Positions 23,112 to 36,212 of a stretch of DNA of 64,000 nt are shown piece by piece. A model generated the notes under the pieces. The model was not told the origin of the DNA, ran no database searches, and saw only the letters and a list, made by a program, of their open reading frames with translations. The DNA lies in assembly GCA_051047955.1 (NCBI GenBank), contig JBPGPT010000022.1:62001-126000 (forward strand), in the 5' to 3' direction. Every line of letters begins with the position of its first letter. Position 1 is the stretch's first letter. The stretch comes from Cystobasidiomycetes sp. EMM_F5 (lineage: Eukaryota). A program made the position numbers and the translations under genes.

Positions 23112-23242
23112 GGTGGACAGCCATGGATGGGCCGAGTCATGAAATCGTCGGAGTTGTCAGATTGGGAAGAAAGATATTTGCTTGAATCCTAATCTTGACG
23201 ACATTAGATAGCTCTTGACCAATTCTGACGATTCCGACAAAT

Positions 23243-24513
23243 ATGCAAGGCTCGACAGCTGCGTCGACGTCGAGTAGCAGTACTGCTGCCGCGACCATTG
23301 ATCCAGGTGCATTTGCCTGATGAATTGCTGAAAAGATAACCCGACCAAGCTCATATTCAATGACTAACTCGCTTTCCCGGGCAATACACAGCTCTCTTTG
23401 CGAGGATACAGCCAGCAGACTATCTCGCGAGATTCCTGGCAGAAGGCTACAGGCCAGACGGGAGAACGGCAGACCAGTCGAGAGATCCTGCAATAAACAT
23501 CGGTATGGCCGGATTACTGATGGATTGACGGCCCTTAACCGAGTGCGGAGTCGCTGAAGATGATGGCGTCAGGCTCCATATCCTCGGCGCATGGTTCTGC
23601 GCTCGTTCGGCTGGGGGACACGACCGTCCTGTGCGGAATAAACGCAGAAATCGCAGAACCAGACCTCCTGGCGCCCCATAGCGGTTATCTAGGTAAGAAT
23701 GTCCTAGCTCGCGAAATGCGTTACATTCTAACGAATATTTATAGTGCCAAATGTCGATCTGCCAGCAATGTGCTCGCCTAAATATCGACCTGGACCGCCC
23801 CCAGACGAAGCTCAGGTCTTGTCCAATCGGATACGCAACATAGCCCTCTCGTTGGTATAGTTTATATGGTTCCATACCGCACTAGTGCTCACGCAACATC
23901 GCAGCTCTGGAATTGTCTCTTTACAATCCCTCTGTATAAAATCTGGCAAAGCCGTGTGGGTACTATATGCCGACATCGTCTGCATCAACGACGACGGGTC
24001 GGTTCTGGACGCTGCTTTACTCGCTCTGACCGCCGCCTTACGGCAAAGTAAGTAATTGCAGATCCGATAGCCTTTCGTACGGAATTGGCTTACCTACACA
24101 TCGGACAGCTCGCTTGCCGAAAGCGACATGGGACGAAGATTCCTCTGAGGCTGTAGTATTGCCCGAAGATGCCGATATTACCGTACCTCTAGCCATCATA
24201 TCGACCGTTCTTTGTGCATCGTTCGGCGTATCGGAAAGGTCGGGCTAGCCACGCTATCTCCGCTTGCTTGACATGACTGAATGCTGTGGTTTCGCTCCTC
24301 AGTGGTCATCTTCTCCCCGATCCGACGTCCTTCGAAGAGCCACTTTGTCCGACGGGAGTGACAATCGCTCTCGACGAAAATTCGCAAATAAAGCATGTCT
24401 GGCAGGCTGGTCCTGGTAGGCGAAAGGCGAATGACCCGACTGCGTTGACGAAAGAGTGTCTCAAATTGGCACGGAGTCGATATAAAACCTTGTATGAGCT
24501 GTTGTTGACGTAA
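23243..24513 (+). CDS. RRP43: RNA exosome RNase PH-like subunit Rrp43 (EXOSC8), multi-exon
   Basis: LFARIQPADYLARFLAEGYRPDGR, SISSAHGSALVRLGDTTVLCGI, PNVDLPAMCSPKYRPGPP, KAVWVLYADIVCINDDGS and LPDPTSFEE. Confidence 0.88.
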
Positions 24514-24631
24514 AGGTATCGGTACAACACTGCTCATACTAACCCGAATTGCAACAACGCAAATGCCGCCAAACGTACTGAGCGGACCTAAGGATACAAC
24601 CTTCAAACCCTGAATTTCAAGTATGCTCTTT

Positions 24632-27600
24632 CTAGCGGTTTTGCGTTCGCTGTGCCAGTCTACGAGCCAACATCTTCTGCAATGGCAGCTTCTCCGGCAA
24701 GTACTCGCTGTTGTTGATGCAAAGAATGCGCATATTCTTGTGATATCGAAGATTTGTCAAAAGCTTCGGGGTGATGAGGAAGTACTGGCCTCCAACGCTC
24801 TTCTCGCAGACAACGTTCACAAGATGATTGTGCAACGCTCGTTCGGCTCGTTGGTCCATACCCTGGTTGATCTCGTCGACCAACGAGAAGGGAACTTTTG
24901 ACGATTCGAGCAGTGAGAGAAGGTACATCATGGTGGTCAATGACCGTTCACCACCAGATTGACGGTGTGCTGTCAGGTCTTGCAAATCTTCCCCGTCTCT
25001 GAAGGCAACCTTGATGCGGACAGCCCACTTGGCATAATCGTCGTGTTCGGAGATGCTGACCTCTCCGAGGCAGCCCAGGCTGTTCATAGCAGTAGAGAAG
25101 TTGTCTCCAACCTTGTCAACAATCTTCTTCAATTTGGGGTACCACGAACCCTGATTTGCAGAAATGAATGCGTCAGCAAGGTATCGGCAACAGGTGGGCT
25201 GTTGACTCACGTGCAACCGCTCAATACGATCCCTGGCTCTCTGTACGCGCTCCGCTTGGTGCTCCAATTTGTCTTGCAAGTGTACCACTTCCGCCTTGAG
25301 ATCCTCGTACCGCTGTACGATCTCTGCTGGCACATTCGCGATGAGCTCTAAGTGACCTTGCAGATCGGCGATTCTTTCCGATGATTCTTCTCCAGTGATG
25401 CCGCCCAAATCCTGCAGCCGCGCATTCAAGTCGTCTTCGAGCTCCGCTGGGAGCCTTGCTTTTGTTGCTTCAGCTTCGGCGTATTGTTGATTTGCTTGGG
25501 CTTTGATCACAGTAAACCTCTCTTTGACTAAAGGGTCACCACATCACGCGGTCACACGGCTTAGTCCAGCACAGCATTTTTTTACGGTGGAGAAGGATCA
25601 CTCACCAGCCGCTAAATTGTCCTCAGCCTCTTTGAAGTCCTTGTTGGCAGTGATCACGGCTTCAGACAGAGCCTTTTGATCTGCTTGCGACTGGAGCAGG
25701 TTTATGCAGGAGATAGCGTCCAGATTCGAAACACGCAACAACCGCTGACTTTCAGTCACCATCGGTTTGACCGCTTCCAACCGCTTGGCCGTCAGAGTTG
25801 CTGTCTGCTGCGCGATGCGTTGGCGGAGCTCGTCTTCCGTCGGCATGCCCTTCAGCCTTTGCAGATTACCTCGCTTGGTGGCTAATCAAGCAGGAGCCAC
25901 GTCAAGACGAGAATGACATACTTTACCATACTGCGCTCACCAAGTTGTAGCTTGGCCGCCTCGTGATCCCTCAGGATCTTGGCTTCCGCATCACGCGCAT
26001 CCAGACACTCTTGCTAAAGGATCAAGCAGGCCAACGATCAGTAGTATTCGTAGGGCGCATCTGATCAGAGAGTACACTTACGCGTGCTTGCCTGTATTTT
26101 TCGTGCAATGGGCGGATCTCCTCTTCGCGTAGTGCAAGGCCATTGCGTTCTTGCTGAAGCTTTTCAATCGTTTCATCAATGATAGTCAATTGTTGAGTGC
26201 AGTCTCTGATTCTCGTCTGATCAGCTGCGTTGTGTTTGCAATAAAATCAGTGATTATGCGCGACTTTAACAAGACATCGGTACCTACCCGTCTCGCCAAA
26301 GATACGTGGATCTTTCGTCTGATTGTCTTGTACGATTGCCTTCTTGTTACCATACTTTGAAAAGCTGACAATGGTCACATGCCTAGGTGTAACATATTTC
26401 TGGAACGGTGCGCCAGGCTGTCGCAACCGCTCGTGCTGTATGCGGCTTTCGTCGCCAAATGTGACGGCCTATGAGTGAAGTGTGAGCTTGGGTCGGCATG
26501 TGGGTACAAAGCTGACGAACAACTCGGTGCAGCTGCTGAGCTTCACACAGATATGCTAGGACAGGCTCCGGACCCTCGATCAGGTCGATAGCGAAACAGT
26601 CAAAGCCCCATTGAGCCAGCTGCGGAAGAAAGACATGTCAGAGTCGATCACAAATATTGGAATCAGGCACTCACCTCTTCCCGCGAGCAGGGCGAAGGGT
26701 AGTCTGCCAAAGTACGCTTGTTGGGCGGCAACTCCACTAGATTTACGCGAAGATCTCGAGTCCGATTCTCCCCCAGGGGGAAGCTCATAAACATAGCCCG
26801 TAGATTCTGATAGTCTCGATTATCGAACGTCACAATCGTCTGCACCATACTTGTCAGCTGATGTTCCAGACATGCAAATCCTAAACTTACCTTCATTGTG
26901 GTATAATTGATTGCCGCTTCGGCCAGTTTAGCATGCCGCCGGTCTTTGACTCCAACAACCAATCTGACAGGGTCGAAGACAGTATCGTGGAAACGCTCTT
27001 TATAGTCGCGGAGCCATCGAGTTGCCATCCAGAGGTTGCCGTCTTCTCTCTGACACTGTTCATCCTTGCGGAACTGAAAGCTGTTCAACTGATTGAGTCT
27101 ACAGAAATTGTCAGAGACGTTTGCACAGCAGGAGACGCAGGCGTACCTGTCCGCTACACGCTTCCTCTCGGTATTGCTAGTATCAATCTGCTGTTTGATA
27201 CCTTCTGCCTGTCCTTGGATCGCAACTATGGATTCCTTGACACCAGCTATCTGGTCCTTGAAACCTCGTATCTTCTTGTCAAGCTCTCGCATCTTTTCGT
27301 CGGTCGGTACATCCTGCACTAGCTTAGCCAAGCGTTCGCACGCGGCCTCCAAGGTCGCAATCTCCCTCTTGCGCAATCGCTCATTCTCCTTGAGCTCTTG
27401 TACTTTGGACTGCAGCGCCTGTACCTCGTCTTCGCCAGACTTGATTTTGGTATGCACTTTGACAAGATGAGACGAGACCTTGTTGCGGTACTTTGCAGTC
27501 TGGCTCCTGCGCTCCTCCACAGCTTTCACAAATTCCTTGGCAGAGCTGCGCATGAAATGTATCAGTACTCTGCACAAGGCTTCAACTAATCTATGGCAGG

Positions 27601-29265
27601 GGCTTACTCTAGCTGATCTCGTATTGGCTGGTTGACGTCAATCATAGTATCATAGACCTCCTTAGCCTGATTACGTTGGCGCTTGACGACGTCAAACTGT
27701 TCCTTGAGCTTTGTGTAGAGGATGAAAGGATGCAAAGCTTCCAATATGGTGACCTGCAAACATCTGAGCCTGATTATCGGCACAGACAGGATGAGGGTTG
27801 CCTACCTCTTTTTCCAATGCGCGCTTCTCCTTGTGCCGCTTGACATCCCTCTCCATCCCAGCAAGAGCCCTCTCCTTACTCACGAGATCTGTTCTATGCT
27901 TCTCCAAGTCCTTGTCGGTATTAAGCATTTGCTTGGCTTGTTCGGCCAGGTCAGCCTGCTGCTCGAGGAGGGTAAGGTCGGCAGCACGCTGTGTCTCTCT
28001 GAGCAACTCCGATGCATCCATCTTGGCGAAGGATGCGACTCGATCTTGCGGCAGAAAAGAGCTACGAGGTGCGCGAGCATACATCATTCAGCATTGCCTT
28101 TCAACTGTCGCTGTTTGCATGCTCACCAGAGGTTGTTTACGTTGACGTGAAGATCTTTCACACTGTCCGTGACTGTCGACTGAGTAACGTGTTTGCCTGA
28201 AAGAGTCTGTCAGCACCCGCAACGTGTATGGCGCGATGTGAGATTTCGACATCCTACCATTGAGCACGAATACCGATTTGTTATCGGCAGAGCTGAGCGA
28301 GCGCTTGATGGTGACATTCGACCTCCCTGGCTTTCCCTTCAACTCGAGCTCTACGAAGCCTTCTGTGCAATTGTCGCGGACATATGAGCGCAGATCTTTC
28401 GCTCTGTCCATTACCTAGATATGTATGCGAAACTTGTCAACACTGTCGGACGTTCGGAGCCCCTGACATCACGCACCTTGACAGAAAACCCAAGCCCGAT
28501 AGCGATAGCAGCGGCTATTGAACTCTTACCGGTACCATTCGGCGCTATACGAAGGCAATCCCTCAGGTTCATGGCAACAATTTACGCGCACAGACCCTAC
28601 CCATAATCTGTGCAAACCAATTCGTCAGTCAAGCGTCTTACTAGACATTGAATGAGCGAGTCGCATACCATGTTCAAGTAAGGACCAGGACGACACTCCA
28701 TGTCGCCATAGGTCACAAAGTTGTGCACTTTGATCCGGACGATAGATCCCATCACGTAGCTGGAACGACAGTGCACAGTCAGCGGGACCTGGTGTCGTGA
28801 CTGCGCATATCCAGTGATTTACTTGTCTTTGGGATCGCGTAGCAGTCTTGGCTTCGGGGCAGCTGCTTCGAGCTTGACTTGGACTTCAGTTCGCGCCGTG
28901 CCGTTTGGACCACGCTGAGACGACGACGGCGCTGCGTCTCGTGCATCATCGCCCTCTCCATCGTCATTATCGCGGTCATCCTGCTCTATACGCCGTTTCT
29001 TGCTCCGCCCAGTTGACTGTGGATCCGCGTCTCGTCTGCTTCGCGATGCTGGGGTGCTGGCTACAGACGCAGCGGCCTTCCTGCCCTGCTGCCGTCTGTT
29101 TGGCGTCGTCAGCTCTGCTTGCACCGCGTCGTCGTCGTCGTCGTCCCTTTCGCTGTCTGAATTCTTGTTGTTGTTGACCTCGTCGCGGCTCATATTGACG
29201 CGTTGCACGTCTTCAAGGTTGCTATCGTGAGCCCTACTCTTGCGACTTACACTGCGACCAGACAT
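24632..29265 (-). CDS. SMC5: Structural maintenance of chromosomes protein 5, many exons
   Basis: GSIVRIKVHNFVTY, Walker A APNGTGKSS, FLPQDRVASFA, coiled coils, and C-terminal QSGGERSLTTMMYLLSL...PFSLVDEINQGMD (Smc5 signature and Walker B). Confidence 0.93.
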
Positions 29266-29754
29266 TGCAGGAATGGCAGCAGCTGCAACAGCTCGACCGT
29301 GCTCAAGTTGGGCAGCCAGCAAGTCCGTGAAAATGATCAGGCAACAACGCGTAAAGGAGCAATAGGCAAAGAAGAGCAAGGACGCGAATCAATGTAATGA
29401 TGAATTACGAAGGGAGCTGAGTATTAGTGGAGATTGATGGGAGAATGACAACGGACAGCGAAAAAGTGCGGACGCAGTCTCAACACTGCGAACCAGATAA
29501 ACGGGTTGCGGGGAAAGTAGCTGCTTTGTGAGAGATGCGATGAATCGCGTGTGTGTTCTTGACGAGAGCTGGCCAATGAACAGGTAAAAGGCTATCTAGT
29601 CATGCCTGATGAGGGCATGTCGCATGAACGGTAGCCCCAAGCCGTTCCGCCAAGGTTTCGCATACACAAAGTGCATGGCTGGAGTGGTGGTACAAGACTC
29701 GCAGAGTCTGAGGTACTGCTGCAAAAGGTTTGAGATCGACGAGCGGTAAATGGA

Positions 29755-32700
29755 CTAGCCACGTTGCGCGTCCGTCACATCGAGAACGAATCGACCAACA
29801 AGCTGCTCGACGCCTTCGACAGACCTCGTAGAATACGAAGACGCCATCGAGTGACGTGTCGGAGAGCCCGGTGTCGGGTACTGTTTTCGTTCTACCACTT
29901 TGACTGCAATGGACCCAACATCTGACGCTCTCGGAATGCCCCAGCTGAGAAACATGGCATCCGGTCAGTAATACATTCGCAGCCTCCCACCGCGCATCGA
30001 CTCACAATTCCATATCACGCGCGTCAAAGTTGAGCCATTCCGGCAACTCCAAGCCGTCGTATTCCTCCTCATCTGGGTAGTCTGTGTAGGCGTAATACGA
30101 GCTGCGGGGCGGTCTGGGGGTAGTAGACATTAGCTCAATCGACATTGCATCAGAACCTCGCACTCACCCGTCGCGACCCTGGCTACCGATGCTTGCTGCC
30201 GGAGCCGGATAGATTTGAGCGGTAAAATGGAACGGATTGGCAACTTGGATTTGCACTCTCAAAGGCTCCAAAATTAACGAGTTGACGGTATGACGGGAGC
30301 GCATGCTACGGCCGGCTTCAGACTTTGTTGGGCTAGATGGTCTGTAAGCATCGGGTGCATCGAGATCCGTCTCGTGCCGTGCCGTGTCATCGTAAAGCAA
30401 TGCTTCTCGTGGGATGCCTTCAGAGACGTAGGGGGCGGAAGCAGTGCTGTACCGGCGTGAGGGCTCCATTTCTTCAATGGCATCTTCTGTGCTTTCGTCA
30501 ATCACTTCCAAGCCTTCGCGTGTGCTAAAGGGCGCAGATCCCGCTATCCCACGTTGGCTGACCCATCGCTCTTCTTGAGGCGGCGATTCAGATCTTTCGC
30601 CACGGTGTTCCGAGTTGAAAGCCATCAGACGCGGTCGTACGGCTGGTCCTGCTGGCGCAGGAAAGCTGTCGGCCGCGCCAAATCCGGCAGGATGACTGTT
30701 CAATTGCTCGAGGTGCGCAGTCGCAATAGCAGCATCTTCTGCTAGCCTCACGCTGTCTTCGTCCTCAAGAGTCTCATCAGCATATCTCCCCGAATCGCTT
30801 CGCGCTAGACTGCGAGAAGAGATGCGGCGGGGCTGCACCAACCGGATGCCACCATTGGGCGGGATAGGATACGAAGAAGGTCCTGCGAGTGCCGTCTGTT
30901 GCACAGGGTACATGCTTACATTTGCAGCAGAAGGATACGGCTGGAAGTCGCGGCGCTGGCGTGGGATAGATTGTGGCGAAGCACTGTTGTTGGTGTGTGC
31001 TGGTCTGGGACGCTGCACCGGGCTATCCCCGCTTCCAGACGAACCTTCCGAGTAGAAGAGTGATGAGCTCTGTTGGCTATCAAAGCTTGAACGCGTAACA
31101 TCTGCTTCGCTGGGGCCTTCTATACTGTCTGCATCACCATGCATGCTTTGGCTGTCGACACTTCTCGGAGTGTAGGTATGGCCATCGTGGTCCGTCACAA
31201 CAATGATATTGTGCTGTTGTGGAGCATGTATCGGTAACCGAGGGGCCGGCGTGGCATGAGCCATGCCGAGAATCTGAGCGATACTCCGAGGCCCGCTATT
31301 GTTGGGGTGAGTCTGTTGCATTGATTGCTGTGAATCGCTCTTGTGACCGCCAAAGACTCGCATGAAATCCATACGTTTTGGTCGTGATTGCTGCTCCTCG
31401 GCAGCCAGGTTTGCGGCAACAGACATTTCCGCAGCGGCCATGGCTTGATCCAAGCGATCACTGTCTTGTGAGCTGACTGTATTATCGCCAATATCGCTTG
31501 TAGGCGAAGCGGCTCGGAATTTACTCTTCTCAAACCAACCTGCAGGTCCTCTGCTGGCTACTGCCAATGTCTTGTCCTCGTCTACCCTGTCATCATCATT
31601 TGCAGCACAGTACCGTCGGCAGAGCCACATCAACAATATGACAAGCAGGATGCCAGCCAATGTGCCGAAAACAACTGCGATAGCAATCTTTGCTCCATTG
31701 CTGAGGCCACCACTCTGCATGTTGGCATTTGCATCCTTGTAGTAGAGGTTGACTGTCGCAGACTCGGAAATGCCAGCTGTTGCATCGCGCCCTGTGATGT
31801 TGACAAGGATATCTTGGCCATCAAAGGCTGGAGGAATGCCGACCAGCTGCTTGGTGGCATTGTTGAAGCTGAGCCAGCTTGATACATTGGCAGGATTGAA
31901 TGAAGCGGTATATGTCGCGCTACTGCCGGTGAGGTAGGACTTGAGGTCACCTGTAAAAGATGTGCCTCCTGTAATATTATAATTGGGAAGTGTATTGGAC
32001 GCAAAGAGTGTAGGGATGATGCGGATCGTGAAGTTTGTGCGAATAGTGTCGTTGAAGGTGTCCGTGTATATTACGGGAATACTGATCGGATGGGTCGAGG
32101 GTAAGTCTGCAGGCAGCTGGCCAGACACCGTCCTCGAAGATGTGTCATAGGATAGACTGTTTGAGAGATTACCCAGTGCGACCTGTACAGAGACTAGGCT
32201 GGTATCCTGTACCGCAACTCCATCCAGTAGCAAGCCGGATACCGGGACAGTATACTGGACAGCCTGCTTAGCGGTCGCGTTGACGGAAGGCAGACCCTGC
32301 GTTTGGATGAATGAATGCTGACCAATGTTGATGCGAATGGTCTGCATGACGTCTCCATAGCCATATCTATCGCTGCCAAAGATGTTGATCTCGAAATTGT
32401 TGGTGTTGGAAGGCGACTGGCCATTCAGAGTGACAGTCTCATTGTCAAACGTCATCCAAGCCGGAAGGCTTACTGTACCAGCTCTGTAAGCTGTAAAGTA
32501 TAATTTCTGATTCTCCGGATCGCCAAACATTTCCGGCAGGAAGCCCAGACTGAAGGACCACTTTGGCGGAATGCGTATGGATCCATCAGGCTGGACGTAT
32601 GCGCTCGAGATAACCGCACCTCCGCCTGCTTGCAGCTGTGCGCTGACAGGATAGCCGATTGTTGGCGAGGCGTCATTGACAACGAGGCAGTGAAAGCCCG

Positions 32701-33025
32701 ACGTAGTGCCTTGAGCACTATCAGAGCTGTTGGCTTGTACGACGACGTAGTTGTTCCCAAGATCATCGCGCGTCGGCGTGCCAAAGAAGGAGAGCGTGTT
32801 CGCGTCGAAGGAGAGCCAGCTGGGCATGTCTTGTGCTCGATATGACATGGCAGTATCGGCCAAGAAGGTATCGGGAAGGAGCGTCCATGTGAAGGTGTGG
32901 TTAACCCGCGCTACAGGCGGGAGTTGTGCTTGTAAAGGGTAGTGCAGTGTGGGCGGAGCCGCTGCGGCTAGAGAAAGAAGCAACGCGCCATAAAGCGCGT
33001 ACAGAAAGTGAAGCGTCATAGCCAT
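29755..33025 (-). CDS. AXL2: Axl2-like type I membrane protein with dystroglycan-type cadherin-like (CADG) repeats, 3 exons
   Basis: Signal peptide, QLPPVARV, repeated (L/M)PxW(L/M)xF(D/N) Ig-like units, single TM IAIAVVFGTLAGILLVILLMWLC, and a long cytoplasmic tail. Two 3' introns extend the CDS to the stop at 29755. Confidence 0.82.
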
Positions 33026-34174
33026 CTCTGTACTGATGATGTGAAAGATGTAAAGTAGACTGATCAAGGGTGTGCGTGTCTAGTATAAACGATAGTGTGA
33101 ATAGTCGTGAAAGAAAAGGAGCGTTCTTTGTACGCAGTAAGTCGGGCGCAAGCGCCTATTAACTGAACGAATGTGGTTGACGGGTCGTCTCTGTGCATTG
33201 CGATAGCTCATTAGCTAATGCATTCCTGTGGCTTGACGGTCCACGTACAGACAGAATGTCACCGGGAAGAAAGAGCGAAAAGAGCCGGGAGACCAAGGCA
33301 GAGTGCTCAATTGTCTAGTCCGACATGCAGGGATAGTATAGTCGATACGTGGTAGACAGACGATTGGCGCTGCCGTCCAGGACCGGCACCCGAATCTGCT
33401 GCTTTGCTTGAAAAACGAAGGTGGATCCCGTAGAGGGCTGATTGAAACGTCGAAGGGGTGGAACAGGCGGCCGAAGTGAGCCTGCTCTGTCACAACGGGT
33501 GCGCAGACTGTCTACGCCTGTGTTGCACCCGGTCGCTGGCTGTCGTAGGGTCGATATGGGGATGTCCCAATCGCCAATTTCACAAAGTACTCGCGATGTT
33601 GCTGGATGGCGTGTAAAGAGGGCGCGCTGGGAGGGGCGGGACTGTCGAGTAAACAGGTAAACAGAGTGAATGGCAGGATATCAGACGATGGTAAACACGG
33701 CGACACAGGTGAGTGAGTGCTGGCTGGCTGGCTGGCTGCGGACTGGAAATTATTGCAGACCCCGTTTACGCGGATCAGAGAGCGTGCCAGGTACGCCCAC
33801 CCAGCATTCCTGCCAGACGATATAACGCGGTCATCGATAGTCAGCCAGTAGTCAGTGGTAGCCAGTCAGTAGTCAGGATGCATGTATGCACACAGCCTCG
33901 CTCGCAGTCCTGTCCGCTTTCGACGGGCTTTTCAGCTCTCAAAACGGCAGCTCGAGCTTCAAATTTCATCAGAAGTAGCTGGAGCGTCAATACGCCCACT
34001 GACAGCACGCATGGGCCTCAAGACGCACATCATCCTGATCATTGGTATCATCTTTGCTTGCATTTCATTCTATGGTAGCTCTAGACAGCCAAATGGGCCA
34101 CTAAACACGACAATCTCGCTCGTTTGACAAGGCCGTTCAACACAGGCATCGTGACTTTTCCCTGTTTACGCGCT

Positions 34175-35893
34175 TCACAGCTTCTTCAGGATCTCCTCGG
34201 TAAACTGCTGCGTTGAGGCTTTTCCGCCCAGATCACCAGTAATCATCTTGCCCTCGGCGATGGTCTGTTAGACATTACCGTTGCCAACATCAGCCTGTGT
34301 GCAGACACTGGCAATTCATCAAAACACTCACCTTCAAGGCAGCATTCTCAATCTTCTCTGCAAACGGAGTCAGGTTCATGTGTCGCAACATCATCATGCT
34401 CGATAGCAGCAAGGCAGTAGGATTCGCTTTGCCCTGGCCTGCAATATCGGGTGCAGAACCGTGAACAGCCTCAAAGATGGAAGCGGAAGCGCCAATGTTT
34501 CCAGAGGGTGTCAGACCAAGTCCTCCGATCAATCCGGCGCAAAGGTCTAGATTGGGTAAGTCAGCGAGTATTTACTTTCGATGATCGCGTGTGACTTACC
34601 GGACAAGATGTCACCATACAGGTTTGGCATAACCATGACTCTGTCAGAGTATGGAGCCGGGTCGGTAACGATACGGAGGCAGACTCTATCGAGCAGATCC
34701 TCGTCGTATTTGATGTTTGGGAAGTCTTTGGCGACTGCGCGGCATGCCTGTAGGAACATGCCGTCCGACATCTTCATGATTGGCGCCTTGTGCACTGCTG
34801 TAACGTGTGGTCTATTTTGGTCTTGAGCATACTGGAAGGCGTACCGCGCAACACGCTCGGACGCCTCGTATGTAATGAGCTTGATGCTCTGCACCACACC
34901 AGGTTGAATCTCGTGCTCGATACCAGAGTACTCTCCTTCGGTATTTTCGCGAATCAAGACAGTGTTGACATCATCGTACGCCGTCTTGTAACCTTGAATA
35001 CTCCTGCATGGTCGCACATTTGCAAACAGACCAAAAGTACGTCTTAGCGTCAAGTTGAGCGAAACGTGCCCTTTCCCGATGGGCGTAGCCAGCGGTCCCT
35101 TGAGGGCGACAAGATTCGTCTTGATGCTTCGGATGGACTCGGCAGGAATGGTTGATTTCCCGTCAACAATGGTCGGCGTGACGTTGACCTCCTCCCAGTC
35201 GATGGGAACCTGTGTATGTGTGGAGTGAATTTAATAGTCTATCCTGGCACAGCGTCGCCGTACCTTGGCCTATCAAGAGAGAAATGATGAGCGATAGTCA
35301 CGTCAAAGCGCAAGGAAGATGCAAACCCACTTTGCTATAGATGGCTTTTATGGATTCTGCGATTTCTGGTCCGATACCTGGCAGAACAGACGGACCTCTA
35401 AATCTCCGCTCCACCATCACTTTGCTATACCTGTTGGCTTACCGTCGCCGGGGATCAACGTAACGAGAAAGTTGCCCTGTAAATAAGCATCACAACATCA
35501 TCAGCTATGCTCTACTGTCGCAGCGTCCAAGCTACTGTCGCAGCGTCCAAGCTGCCCACATTGCTCTTCTTGTTGCCGGTGAACTCGCTAGCCTGTTTGG
35601 CCTGCTCTTTGGTGGTCGCGTATGCTCTTGCGGGAGAGAGCGCCTATATCCGTGCAACCGCGGACGGAGGATACCATTCAATGTCGTCGAGTGCAGCGCC
35701 GTTCAAGCCAGATTGATCACGGCCAGATGTAGTGCCATAAGGAGGAGAGCCGGGACGGAGCATGTCAACAACAGAGACGCTTCTGGCATTGACCATTGTC
35801 ATCCAGACATACCTGTATCGCAGCGGCCCTCCTGAGAGCTGGGTTTACGACTGAAGCTCCAGCCAACGACCTGGGGACGATATTGGCTGCCAT
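34175..35893 (-). CDS. IDH2: Mitochondrial NAD-dependent isocitrate dehydrogenase subunit 2 (catalytic), multi-exon
   Basis: [72 protein letters not shown] and [13 protein letters not shown]. Confidence 0.95.
35512..35553. repeat. Perfect 20-bp direct tandem duplication inside an IDH2 intron
   Basis: CTACTGTCGCAGCGTCCAAG occurs twice back-to-back (35512-35531, 35532-35551) followed by CT. Confidence 0.95.
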
Positions 35894-36212
35894 TTCTTGG
35901 AGACAGAGGGCGATACAACCAATGCAGACGGATGAAAGTGTAGCCTGTGCGGTAATGTCCAGAGGCGTGGATATCAGATGTAGCCTGCCTGTAGGGTTGC
36001 CCGTCAGAGTACGGGTTCGCAAAAGAAAAAGAAGTTGCAATAATGGCAAGCGCGGGGCTGGCCCAAAAGACGACGTGGGTTGACTTCCGACCACATCCAC
36101 AGCCAACAACGTCGAGCACACGTCTGCGATAAGGCTGCTCTGATTCACAAAGACTGCCAGTACTTGATATCCCGGCTGCTTCTCCCCGTCGTCACTGCTC
36201 GAGTTCCAAATC
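35894..36212. promoter_or_regulatory. Putative bidirectional promoter of IDH2/IDH1
   Basis: 319 bp separate the divergent ATGs of the two subunit genes. Confidence 0.65.

Noticed and set aside
33715..33880. (GCTG)n and CAGTAGTCAG-like short repeats upstream of the AXL2-like gene
   Set aside because: Short low-complexity repeats with no evidence of function.
33882..34127. Small ORF with hydrophobic segment (HIILIIGIIFACISF)
   Set aside because: Lies antisense to the probable IDH2 3' UTR, with no splice or homology support.
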